NCBI GenBank assembly: GCA_037380845.1
Contig: JARRRI010000026.1
Coordinates: 1-30,753, forward strand
Source of the DNA: Candidatus Sulfobium sp.
Lineage (GTDB): Bacteria > Nitrospirota > Thermodesulfovibrionia > Thermodesulfovibrionales > UBA6898
Direction of reading: 5' to 3'
DNA: 30,753 nucleotides
The notes beneath the pieces were generated by a model. It was not told where the DNA came from. It searched no databases and saw only the letters and a program-made list of their open reading frames with translations. This document shows positions 18,101 to 25,973 of the stretch, one piece after another (within the stretch, counting starts at the first letter, position 1; each line of letters opens with the position of its first letter). Both the position numbers and the translations under genes were made by a program.

Positions 18101-18509
18101 GGGCCCTCTCCAGAGTTGCGGAAAGGACGCCACCAAGGCTTCCCGCCGATGTCAGTGCCAGTCCGTTTTCGAAAAGTGCTTCCATGTCTTTCCGGGCCTT
18201 TTTCTGACGCTCGATCAGTCCCCAGAGAAACTTTGCCCCCTTTCCCTCGATAACCTCGATGCCTGCGGGCGCCTGCTCGGAAATCGACCTGCCGAGGGCC
18301 CGGTCTCCGGTAACGTTTATGATGATATCGGGGTCCTGTCCATACAGCTCCCCGATCTTGTCTGCGACAAAGATCCCCTCCCTTCTCGCGATTTCAATGC
18401 CGGGGGCATTCACGTCCCTGTCGGTGATGCCTACCGTCTTCACCGCTCCGTTGCTCAGGAATATGTCCAGCAGCGAACTGCCGGCCCCGACTATGCAGAC
18501 TTTAATCAC
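15189..18509 (-). CDS. Cytoplasmic hybrid histidine kinase: Rossmann-like N-domain - GAF - PAS - HisKA - HATPase - REC - atypical REC - degenerate GGDEF
   Basis: GTG at 18509 overlaps the upstream TGA; 'SHELRTPLN', 'NLVSNAIKFT', 'GTGLGL', 'LVVEDD...LDVMLP', 'DELTELFNHR', 'LDIDDF', 'RYGGDAF'; no TM helices evident. Confidence 0.92.
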   Translation of the reverse strand: MIKVCIVGAGSSLLDIFLSNGAVKTVGITDRDVNAPGIEIARREGIFVADKIGELYGQDPDIIINVTGDRALGRSISEQAPAGIEVIEGKGAKFLWGLIERQKKARKDMEALFENGLALTSAGSLGGVLSATLERALRLTDMPAGSIALCDRGGMVLAVSKGLSSSVLNVPRWKPRPNGLTSFILSRREPVEIEDVSEYPFLDNYGVIRDGIKSVLAYPLMIDDNVVGVLYLDDFKPRRFSERQKNLIRLFGLQAAQAIDKSKILDELYRVVADLDEKTAYLKGVLNDSQDMIATTDMEGKIVEFSRGGERILGYSKDELTGMSASGLYVDANERDHILHTLRRKGIVCNHETRLHRKDGSVVDISLTISRLRDKTGKVIGTVGVSKDITEEKRLRNELKALNASLEEKVVERTRELERINLDLARANQIKARFISNMSHELRTPLNSILGFSEILLEKTYGDLNEKQFRHLSNISSSGKHLLQLVNNILDLAKIEAGKLELFYESFDLREAVDEVVMIMGFLASRKSVVVNVEIDPDVGTFYADKVKLKQILYNLVSNAIKFTPEGGHIGIRAEFLVNADRRLSRALNDQHFMKVTVWDKGIGIRENDIDRIFDEFEQADPSMSKTFQGTGLGLSLTKRLVDLHGGRISVHSKYGEGSDFIFYLPVVTERKKEEEGAFTPAVQTYPWLRKEAPLVLVVEDDLPTSEILTIHLSRAGYRVAHAYDGIEAISKAKEFRPFAVTLDVMLPKKDGWEVLQELKTDPETGTIPVLIHSIVDNQDLAYTLGASDYLLKPVDKNVLLGKLSDLNSCKSSNGGAPMSLLLMSSDPGTRDYVCSFALDNGFVFHSASGQEEGVELALTTKPHAILVDLDSPGLEVIKKLKGNIATAGIPVFALTDKDLPIDERMNMAGQIERIVKRDALAATDLVMHLKDLEIMHPKRAGLVDELTELFNHRYFQLRLAQEVSRSVRYRLSLTLILLDIDDFGIYIKLNGSYRGNLVLKNIARLLRKNARGADIVVRYGGDAFCMILPNTQLFSGLVLGRRFAALIRNHPFHCEETQPLGRITVSIGVASFGEQSPEDFVRNAETALSAAVQKGGDHVEVFPGE

Positions 18510-19486
18510 GGCTTTATATCCCGCTGTTCTCTTATCATGGATATGAACCGCTCGATAAGAGAGGGGTCCCACTGATCCTGCAATTTTTCCGCGTCCATTC
18601 TGCACAACGCTTCTCTCGCCGCAAAGGCCGGCCTGTAAGGCCGTTTCGAGACCATGGCGTCGAAGGTGTCCGTGATGGCGACTATCCTTGCAAAAAAAGG
18701 GATCTCTTCTCCCCGCAGACCGTCCGGGAAGCCGGTCCCGTCCCAGCGCTCGTGGTGGTGACGAATCGCCGGCAGTATCTGACGGGCGGAATAAAGCGGC
18801 TTACAGATCTGCTCTCCGACAATTACGTGCTGCCGTATCGACTTCAGCTCCGCATCGGTGAGGTCTTCGCTTTTATGCAGGATATGATCGTCCACACCGA
18901 TTTTGCCGATATCGTGGAGCACGCCCGCCTTGTAAAGCAGGTGCTGGTCTCCGGGGGTTAGCCCTATATAAGCGGCGAAATTCATGGAGAGGTTCCCGAC
19001 CCGTTCGGAGTGGCCTTTTGTATACGGGTCTTTCGCCTCGATGGCTACAGCCAGCGTGAGGATTATATCTTCCGAATGGTCGAGTTCGCCCTGCAGCTTC
19101 CTCAGCCGCAGAAGGGATCTGATTTTCGTTACGAGTTCGACGGTGTGGAAAGGTTTTGTGAGGAAATCGTCGGCCCCGGCTTCCAGGCCGGTAATCTTGT
19201 CGTCAAGCTCGTTCAACGCGGTAACGAGTACCACCGGGAAGAACCTTCTTCCGGCAATGGCCTTTAACTTCCTGCAGAGGTCGAAGCCGTTCATGCCGGG
19301 CATCATCACGTCGAGGACCGCGAGGTCCACAGGTCTGGTTTCTATGACTTCGAGTGCCTCGCCTGCACTGGAAGCTGTAATTACCCTATACCCTTCCCTG
19401 TAAAGTATTCCCTCCATTACCTCCAGGTTGAACGGCATGTCGTCCACAACCAGTACGGAGGAATTGACCGTTTCCATATTATTCAT
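18506..19486 (-). CDS. Response regulator with HD-GYP cyclic-dinucleotide phosphodiesterase domain (RpfG-like)
   Basis: REC 'LVVDD...LDVMMP...FLTKP'; 'DPYTKGHSERV', 'LHDIGK', 'HHERWDGTGFP', 'RPYR'. Exact start uncertain (19477-19498). Confidence 0.93.
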   Translation of the reverse strand: MNNMETVNSSVLVVDDMPFNLEVMEGILYREGYRVITASSAGEALEVIETRPVDLAVLDVMMPGMNGFDLCRKLKAIAGRRFFPVVLVTALNELDDKITGLEAGADDFLTKPFHTVELVTKIRSLLRLRKLQGELDHSEDIILTLAVAIEAKDPYTKGHSERVGNLSMNFAAYIGLTPGDQHLLYKAGVLHDIGKIGVDDHILHKSEDLTDAELKSIRQHVIVGEQICKPLYSARQILPAIRHHHERWDGTGFPDGLRGEEIPFFARIVAITDTFDAMVSKRPYRPAFAAREALCRMDAEKLQDQWDPSLIERFISMIREQRDIKP

Positions 19487-19690
19487 CTCAGAGGACATAG
19501 GTATACGGAGCCGCTTCAACTATCGGGCTCTTTATCCGGGGCGTTTGAAATACGCCATGTTTTACTAAAGCCCCTCCTCCTTCCCGGGAGAATAACCGGC
19601 TCAAGTGGTCTCTGTATTGCCGCGTCAGCCGGCGGTCGTTGTCGCTATCTGCAAAGAATACAGAATAAAAACTGAAAAACGATATTCACG

Positions 19691-20602
19691 TCAAACACCG
19701 GCAATGAGTTTTTCGAGCAGCGCCTTTTGAGCGTGCAGCCTGTTTTCCGCCTGATCAAAGACCACGCTGTGTGGACCGTCCATGACTTCATCCGTGATCT
19801 CTTCTCCCCGGTGGGCCGGGAGGCAGTGCAGTACGATTACATCTTTCCGGGAGCAGGATAGAAGAGCGCTGTTTACCTGGTAGTCGGCAAGCTTCTTCCT
19901 TTTTTCAGCGGCCTGCTTTTCTTCTCCCATGCTGACCCAGACATCGGTATATATTACATCCGCCATTCCCGCGGCTTCTTTCGGGTTGCCCAGAACAATG
20001 ATCTCGCTTCTTGCAGCTTCCCTTGCCCTGTCGAGGATTCCGGGGTCAGGCTCGAACCCCTCCGGACAGGCGACCATCAAGTCGAATTCCATGAGCGAGG
20101 CGGCTTCGATCAGAGAATTGCACACATTGTTCCCGTCGCCGACATAAGCCACTCTGAGCCCCCTGATCCGTCCCTTTTTTTCGATTATCGTCATGAGGTC
20201 GGCGAGGGTCTGACACGGATGGTGCAGGTCGCTCAGTCCGTTGATCAACGGGATCGTCGCGCTGTCGGCAAACTTCTCGAGCATGGAGTGGCTGAAGGTC
20301 CGTATTACGATGCCGTCCAGGTATCGGGAAAGGGTCCTGGCAGTGTCCGGCACGCTCTCCCCCCTCCCAAGCTGAAGATCCGAGGTGTTCATGTAGATGG
20401 CATTTCCGCCGAGTTCGTAAATCCCTGCGTCAAACGATACCCTGGTGCGGGTCGAGGGTTTTTCGAACAGAAGGCCGATGCTCTTCCCGATAAGAGGGCT
20501 TTGACCGGCCTCCCTGCCCGCCTTGAGATCAACGGACCTGCGCAGAAGGTGTGAGATTTCCTCCGAAGACAGGTCCCATAGTGTAATAAAATCCCTTTTC
20601 AT
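19691..20602 (-). CDS. argF: Ornithine carbamoyltransferase
   Basis: 'STRTRVSF', 'HPCQ', 'DVWVSMG', 'HCLP', 'QAENRLH'; ATG at 20602 after AGGAGA. Confidence 0.96.
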   Translation of the reverse strand: MKRDFITLWDLSSEEISHLLRRSVDLKAGREAGQSPLIGKSIGLLFEKPSTRTRVSFDAGIYELGGNAIYMNTSDLQLGRGESVPDTARTLSRYLDGIVIRTFSHSMLEKFADSATIPLINGLSDLHHPCQTLADLMTIIEKKGRIRGLRVAYVGDGNNVCNSLIEAASLMEFDLMVACPEGFEPDPGILDRAREAARSEIIVLGNPKEAAGMADVIYTDVWVSMGEEKQAAEKRKKLADYQVNSALLSCSRKDVIVLHCLPAHRGEEITDEVMDGPHSVVFDQAENRLHAQKALLEKLIAGV

Positions 20603-20610
20603 ATCATCTC

Positions 20611-21810
20611 CTAGGAAAGACGGTCGAAAACCTGTCCGAGAACATCGGTCAGGTGATCTATCTCTTTTTCGGTCACAATGAGAGGCGGCATGAACCTCAG
20701 AACGTTGCCGGCCGTGCAGTTGATCAGTATTCCGTTTTCCATGCACGCTTTAACAACGGGTGCGCCGTCGCGAATAAGTTCCATGCCGACGAGCAGTCCC
20801 ATGCCCCGGATTTCCGCGACCCTGCTGGGGAACTCCTCCTGGAGATCCCTGAGTCTCTTTACCAGGTAGGCCCCCATCCTCCTGCACTGGTCCAGAACGA
20901 AACCGTCTTCAAGAATGACTTCGACTGCTGCGACTGCCGCTGCGCAAACCAGGGGATTTCCTCCGAACGTCGAGCCGTGCGTCGCGGGCTGAAAGGCAGC
21001 GGCTACCTTCCCGGTTGCCAGCATTGCGCCTATGGGGACCCCGCCGCCCAGGCCCTTTGCGAGGGTCATGATATCGGGCGTCACGCCGAATTGTTCATAG
21101 GCGAACAGGGAACCGGTCCTTCCCATCCCTGTCTGGACTTCGTCCAGCATGAGGAGAATCCCGTGACGGTCGCAGAGAGACCTGACTTCCCGCAGATAGC
21201 CGGGGTCGGGCATCACTATACCGCCTTCGCCCTGGACGGGCTCAAGCATGACCGCGCAGGTCTGCGGGGTTATCGTCTTCTCCAGGGACGGTATACTGTT
21301 GAATTCCACATGTCTGAAGCCCGGCACCGCCGGACCGAACCCCTGTTTCAGCTTCTCCTGTCCTGTTGCCGCAAGAGCGGCGAGGGTGCGGCCGTGAAAG
21401 GAGTTCATCGCGGTTATGATCTCGAAGCGGTTTTGCCCGACGTGCTCCATATAATATCTCCGCGCGAGCTTGATAGCGGCCTCATTGGCCTCGGCCCCGG
21501 AGTTGCAGAAGAATGCCTTGTCGGCAAACGAGTTTTCCACCAGTATCCTGGCAAGCCGGATCTGAGGCTCGATATGAAAATAATTAGAGACATGAATAAG
21601 GCGCTGGGCCTGCTTTTGCAGGGCTATCACTACCTTCGGATGGCAGTGTCCAAGGCAGTTGACGGCCACACCTCCCATGAAATCCAGATATTCCGTGCCG
21701 TCAGAACTCCAGACCTTCATCCCGCGGCCTTTCCGGAGCACGACCGGGAACCTGTTGTATGTGTTCATGAGATAATGGCTGGATTCTTCGAGGACTTTCT
21801 TGATATCCAT
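20611..21810 (-). CDS. argD: Acetylornithine aminotransferase
   Basis: 'NSGAEANE', 'SFHGRT', 'EPVQGEGG', 'DEVQTG', 'LAKGLGGG', 'HGSTFGGNP'; directly upstream of argF. Confidence 0.95.
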   Translation of the reverse strand: MDIKKVLEESSHYLMNTYNRFPVVLRKGRGMKVWSSDGTEYLDFMGGVAVNCLGHCHPKVVIALQKQAQRLIHVSNYFHIEPQIRLARILVENSFADKAFFCNSGAEANEAAIKLARRYYMEHVGQNRFEIITAMNSFHGRTLAALAATGQEKLKQGFGPAVPGFRHVEFNSIPSLEKTITPQTCAVMLEPVQGEGGIVMPDPGYLREVRSLCDRHGILLMLDEVQTGMGRTGSLFAYEQFGVTPDIMTLAKGLGGGVPIGAMLATGKVAAAFQPATHGSTFGGNPLVCAAAVAAVEVILEDGFVLDQCRRMGAYLVKRLRDLQEEFPSRVAEIRGMGLLVGMELIRDGAPVVKACMENGILINCTAGNVLRFMPPLIVTEKEIDHLTDVLGQVFDRLS

Positions 21811-21871
21811 GCAGCAATAATAACGTACAATTTATCGAAAAATCAAACAGATAGACCTTCGATGCGGCGGA

Positions 21872-22069
21872 CTAAGAACGGCTCGCCGGCTGACCATCGG
21901 GGTCACTGTCCGGAGGATCTTTCCTGAATTCAGAGACCGAATAGAGATGGTATGCGCAGTCAGGTCCGACGATCTTTACCGCTCCCTCAATAGGAAGTCT
22001 TATCTTATTCCTGAGAACCAGGTCCCGGTAAAGATATCTGATCCTTATCTCTTCGGCCTTGCTGTTCAT
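21872..22069 (-). CDS. Small hypothetical protein (65 aa)
   Basis: ATG ORF filling the argD-cooC gap with TACAAT shortly upstream; no recognisable motif. Confidence 0.35.
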   Translation of the reverse strand: MNSKAEEIRIRYLYRDLVLRNKIRLPIEGAVKIVGPDCAYHLYSVSEFRKDPPDSDPDGQPASRS

Positions 22070-22146
22070 ACTGATCGTTCACATTGTATCACATACACCT
22101 TTTCCCCATTTTGCCCTTCAACCGGACGCCTTCGTTTTGCACGGAA

Positions 22147-22176
22147 TGGACAGTAAAACCTGCATAATGTTAGAAT
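22147..22176 (+). promoter_or_regulatory. Sigma70 promoter immediately before the cooC start codon (leaderless type)
   Basis: TGGACA - 18 bp - TAGAAT with extended TG; ATG 5 nt downstream; no SD. Confidence 0.55.
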
Positions 22177-22181
22177 TTTCA

Positions 22182-22964
22182 ATGAAGATCGCCATAACGG
22201 GAAAAGGCGGTGTCGGCAAGACGACGCTTGCGTCGGTGCTGAGTTATCTCTTTGCCTCGGAGGGGAAAAAGGTCATTGCCGTCGACGCCGACCCGGATGC
22301 AAACCTCGCATCCGCACTCGGGATACCGAGGGAAGAGGCGGAAAAAATCAGGCCTGTCGCAGACCTCGGCGAGCTCATAGAGGAACGGACAGGATCGAAG
22401 CCCGGCAGCATGGGGGGGATTTTCAAACTCAATCCGAAGGTGGACGACCTGCCCGAAGGCCTTGGATACAAGGTTGACGGGATTACACTGCTGGTGATGG
22501 GTAAATCAAAGGCGGCCGCATCGGGCTGTTATTGCCCCGAAAATGTTCTTCTCAGACGACTTCTCAGGCATCTGGTTCTGGAAAGGGACGAAGTGGTCAT
22601 CGTGGATATGGAAGCCGGGATCGAGCACCTGACCAGGGGTACGGCGGGCTCTGTCGATGCCTTTGTTGTTGTCGTCGAACCTGGACAGAGAAGCATGCAG
22701 ACCGCGGGCGTGGTCAGGGAAATGGCCAAAGAACTGGGTGTGAAAAAGGTATTCGTCGTGGCCAACAAGGTCCGGGGGCAGGAGGACGTCAATTTTATTC
22801 GAACCGGGACAGGCGGAATGGAACTCATCGGCCACATATCCTTTCATAACGACATCATGGAAGCGGACATGAAAGGGGCGTCTCCGTACAGTCATTCTCT
22901 GCAGACCGTGGAAGAAGTGAGGACCATCAAGGCCGCGATAGAGAAGACGCTTCGTGAGAGATAA
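22182..22964 (+). CDS. cooC: CO dehydrogenase/acetyl-CoA synthase nickel-insertion ATPase (CooC/AcsF family)
   Basis: 'MKIAITGKGGVGKTT', 'DADPDANL', Ni-binding 'GCYCP', 'DMEAGIEHLTRGT'. Confidence 0.93.
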   Translation: MKIAITGKGGVGKTTLASVLSYLFASEGKKVIAVDADPDANLASALGIPREEAEKIRPVADLGELIEERTGSKPGSMGGIFKLNPKVDDLPEGLGYKVDGITLLVMGKSKAAASGCYCPENVLLRRLLRHLVLERDEVVIVDMEAGIEHLTRGTAGSVDAFVVVVEPGQRSMQTAGVVREMAKELGVKKVFVVANKVRGQEDVNFIRTGTGGMELIGHISFHNDIMEADMKGASPYSHSLQTVEEVRTIKAAIEKTLRER

Positions 22965-23550
22965 GAAATCGATCAGGAAAGAACTTCTCGACAAGCGCGA
23001 TGCCATTCCCACCGAAGTAAGAAAGATCAAGGACCGCCTGATATGTGAAAGAGTGCTTTCACTTGCTGAGGTCGTCCGGGCTCACACGCTTTTTCTCTTT
23101 GCTTCCTTCAGGTCCGAGGTCGATACTTTCGGGATTATGCGGTCGTCGCTGGCGGCCGGCAAGAAGGTGCTGGTCCCGAGGGTGGACAGGGAGAGGCACA
23201 TTCTTTTTCTGTGTGAAATACGGAATGTCGATGAACTTGTACCCGGATATATGGGAATACCCGAGCCGCCCCTGAATTCCCAGGAGATTCCGGCGGACGT
23301 GAATGATATAGATCTGGTGATAATCCCGGGGGCGGGCTTCGATCCGGCTGGAAACAGGATAGGATACGGGGGCGGCTATTACGACAGGCTGCTTGCCGGA
23401 CTGAAAAGGGATATTCCGGTCGTCGCCCCTGCCTATGAAGAACAGATAGCCGGTTCCATACCGGCCGAGCCTCACGATATAAGGGTCACCGTGATTGTGA
23501 CGGACAGGAGGGTGATACGGTGTGGCGGGTCTTTGATTGACAACGACTGA
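22954..23550 (+). CDS. 5-formyltetrahydrofolate cyclo-ligase
   Basis: 'KKSIRKELL', 'SEVDT', 'GIPEP', 'RIGYGGGYYDRLL', 'EPHD'; overlaps the cooC end. Confidence 0.94.
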   Translation: MRDKKSIRKELLDKRDAIPTEVRKIKDRLICERVLSLAEVVRAHTLFLFASFRSEVDTFGIMRSSLAAGKKVLVPRVDRERHILFLCEIRNVDELVPGYMGIPEPPLNSQEIPADVNDIDLVIIPGAGFDPAGNRIGYGGGYYDRLLAGLKRDIPVVAPAYEEQIAGSIPAEPHDIRVTVIVTDRRVIRCGGSLIDND

Positions 23551-23644
23551 ATGTCAGTGTCAATGATTGCTCTCAGCAGGCAATAAGCAGGGCGGGAGCC
23601 GACACTGCCACTGCCACTTTATACTTACGAAGGAGGTTCTGAAA

Positions 23645-24391
23645 ATGATCTCATTGAGATTAGAGAAACTTTCCCCCCTGGTGGAGGAGAAGGTGAGGCC
23701 TTTTCTGGCAGAAATTCTCAGGGGATATCGCGACGACATCGATTCCATCCACCTCACCGGAAGTGCGGTCACTGAGGATTACGATGAAAAGACCTCCGAC
23801 ATAAACAGCATAGTCGTACTGAAGAAGATGGACCTGAAATTTGTCGAATTCCTGGCTCCCATGGGAAAGAAATACAGGAAGAAGGGGATATCGGCGCCTC
23901 TGATCATGACGCCGGATTATATCCGGACCTCGCTGGATGTGTTTCCGATGGAGTTTCTGGACTTCAAACATATCCATGAAACGGTATTCGGGGAGGATAT
24001 CCTGAAAGACCTTATGGTGACCGATGCTGACCTGAGACATCAGTGCGAGCGTGAAGTCAAGAGCAGACTGATCGGCCTGAGACAGGGATACATCTCTTCA
24101 ATGGGCGACAAACAGGTCCTGACAGAGCGGCTTGCGGGTTCTATTTCCGGATATATGCCTCTTTTCAGGGGCATCATCTGTCTAATGGGAAAAGAGCGCC
24201 CTGTGAAAAAGCATGAAGTGATATCGGAGCTTGCCTCGGCAACCGGCGTGGAGACCGCTATCTTCAGGAAGGTCCTGGACATAAAGAGGGGCCGCCTGAC
24301 ACCCGGGAAAGAGGAGGTCGATAAGGTCTTTGAGGAATACTACGCGGCGACTGAAAAAATCGGAGAAATAATCGATGGTCTCATTGTTTAA
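23645..24391 (+). CDS. Pol-beta-like nucleotidyltransferase-fold protein
   Basis: ATG at 23645 after AAGGAGG; 'LTGSAVTEDY...SDIN' motif and 'SLDVFPMEFLD', as seen in lemA/TPM-linked proteins. Confidence 0.8.
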   Translation: MISLRLEKLSPLVEEKVRPFLAEILRGYRDDIDSIHLTGSAVTEDYDEKTSDINSIVVLKKMDLKFVEFLAPMGKKYRKKGISAPLIMTPDYIRTSLDVFPMEFLDFKHIHETVFGEDILKDLMVTDADLRHQCEREVKSRLIGLRQGYISSMGDKQVLTERLAGSISGYMPLFRGIICLMGKERPVKKHEVISELASATGVETAIFRKVLDIKRGRLTPGKEEVDKVFEEYYAATEKIGEIIDGLIV

Positions 24392-25169
24392 GCGCCTGTC
24401 GGTCGTCATAATTTTTGCTTTTGTCATTGCCGTCTCCCCGGCCTTTGCAGTTGCGCCACAGGTACCGGCAACGCCCCGGGATTATGTTGTCGATCTTGCC
24501 GGTATAGTGAATCAGAACGCCAGGATCCGCCTGGACGAGTACCTCAAGGAACTGGAACAAAAGACAACCGCCCAGTTTGTGGTTTTGACGGTCAAAGAGC
24601 TGAGAGGCGAGCCGATTGAGCAGTTCTCGATAGACGTGGCCCACAACAGGTGGAAGCTGGGCCGGAAGGGCAGGGACAACGGGGTGCTGCTTGTTGTTGC
24701 AACTAAAGACAGGAAATACCGGTTTGAGATAGGATACGGGCTGGAGGGTGTCCTCCCCGACAGTTTTGTGGGGACTGTAGGACGCCGATATCTCGTCCCT
24801 TATTTCAAAAAAGGGGATTACTCGACCGGGATATTTGCTGCGGTAGTAGCCGTCTCCAACAAAATTGCGTCAAGTCAGGGAGTGGAGATCACCGGGATGC
24901 CTCAACTACGCGGCAGCTATGGCAGAAGGCCGGGAAAAGGGGGAATTGCAGGCACTATTCTCTCAATCCTCTTTCTGATTGGTGCCGTAATACTGTTCAT
25001 AAAAAATCCGCGGCTTTTTCTGCTCCTCCTCTTTGCATCTTCAATGGGCGGCAGGAGAGGAGGCTGGGGCGGCGGAGGATTCGGCGGTGGTGGATTCGGC
25101 GGCGGCGGCAGCTTCGGTGGCGGCGGAGGGGGAGGTTTCGGTGGTGGAGGGGCGTCCGGCGGATGGTAA
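24375..25169 (+). CDS. TPM domain (YgcG-like) membrane protein with Gly-rich tail
   Basis: Signal peptide, 'YVVDLAG', 'WKLGRKGRDNGVLL', 'EIGYGLEGVLPD', TM helix, 'GGGGFGGGGASGGW'. Confidence 0.93.
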   Translation: MVSLFKRLSVVIIFAFVIAVSPAFAVAPQVPATPRDYVVDLAGIVNQNARIRLDEYLKELEQKTTAQFVVLTVKELRGEPIEQFSIDVAHNRWKLGRKGRDNGVLLVVATKDRKYRFEIGYGLEGVLPDSFVGTVGRRYLVPYFKKGDYSTGIFAAVVAVSNKIASSQGVEITGMPQLRGSYGRRPGKGGIAGTILSILFLIGAVILFIKNPRLFLLLLFASSMGGRRGGWGGGGFGGGGFGGGGSFGGGGGGGFGGGGASGGW

Positions 25170-25314
25170 CATGAGCCTGCCTGCCTCTTTATAAGGCCGT
25201 AAGGTGTCGCTGCAAGACATTTTTCTCTGCTCCTGCCAGGTTGCGGATATTTTATTTTAACGATGTGGCCTGTGTTACAGTATAGTAACTTGTTTCCATA
25301 AAGGGAGGATTGCG

Positions 25315-25890
25315 ATGGGAAAAGGAGCAAAGACAGCACTTGTGGCCGTGGCTATCATAGTGCTCGCCGCGGTCGTAACGGTCGGATGGGGCATCAGCGA
25401 ATACAATAAGGTGATCACGATGGACGAGGGAGTCAAGGCGAGTTGGGCGCAGGTGGAGAACCAGTTGAAGCGGCGGTACGATCTCATACCAAATCTTGTG
25501 GAGACAGTCAAGGGCTACGCGAAACACGAGAGGGAGCTTTTTGAGAATATCGCGCAGGCGAGGACGAAATATTTCCAGGCTTCCAGCGTGCAGGGAAAGA
25601 TAGAAGCATCGAACAGGCTTGAGGGCATGCTCTCCAGGCTTCTGCTGCTGAGGGAATCTTATCCGCAGCTCAAGGCGAATGAGTCCTTCCTGAAACTTCA
25701 GGATAGCCTTGAGGGGACGGAAAACAGGATCGCGGTAGAGAGGATGAGGTATAACGAAGCCGTCCGGACGCTAAATACTTACAGACGGACTGTCTACGGC
25801 AGATTCTTCTCTGCCCTGGCCGGTGTCTCGGCGGCGCAGTATTATCAACTTCCCGAGGGCGAAGCGGCTGTGCCGAAGGTCAAGTTCTGA
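25315..25890 (+). CDS. lemA: LemA family protein
   Basis: 'WAQVENQLKRRYDLIPNLVETVKGYA', 'YPQLKANE', 'EGTENRIAVER'; GGAGG SD. Confidence 0.95.
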   Translation: MGKGAKTALVAVAIIVLAAVVTVGWGISEYNKVITMDEGVKASWAQVENQLKRRYDLIPNLVETVKGYAKHERELFENIAQARTKYFQASSVQGKIEASNRLEGMLSRLLLLRESYPQLKANESFLKLQDSLEGTENRIAVERMRYNEAVRTLNTYRRTVYGRFFSALAGVSAAQYYQLPEGEAAVPKVKF

Positions 25891-25973
25891 GGAGTGCAAG
25901 AAAGACTTTTACGGTCCGTCAGACTTATGAAGTAAGAATTAAGGAATAATGTCCCTTCCGCAGGACGGTCGTT

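Noticed and set aside
19520..19690. Possible c-di-GMP riboswitch or uORF upstream of the HD-GYP gene
   Set aside because: No GEMM consensus recognised; only a weak TCTGTATT/AATACAGA stem and an 8-codon ORF with a poorly spaced SD.
20653..21927. Long antisense ORF (424 aa) and many similar shadow ORFs
   Set aside because: They lie opposite well-supported genes, have no motifs and are expected in GC-rich coding DNA.
25060..25165. GGC/GGT-rich tandem repeat
   Set aside because: It encodes the normal Gly-rich tail of TPM proteins.
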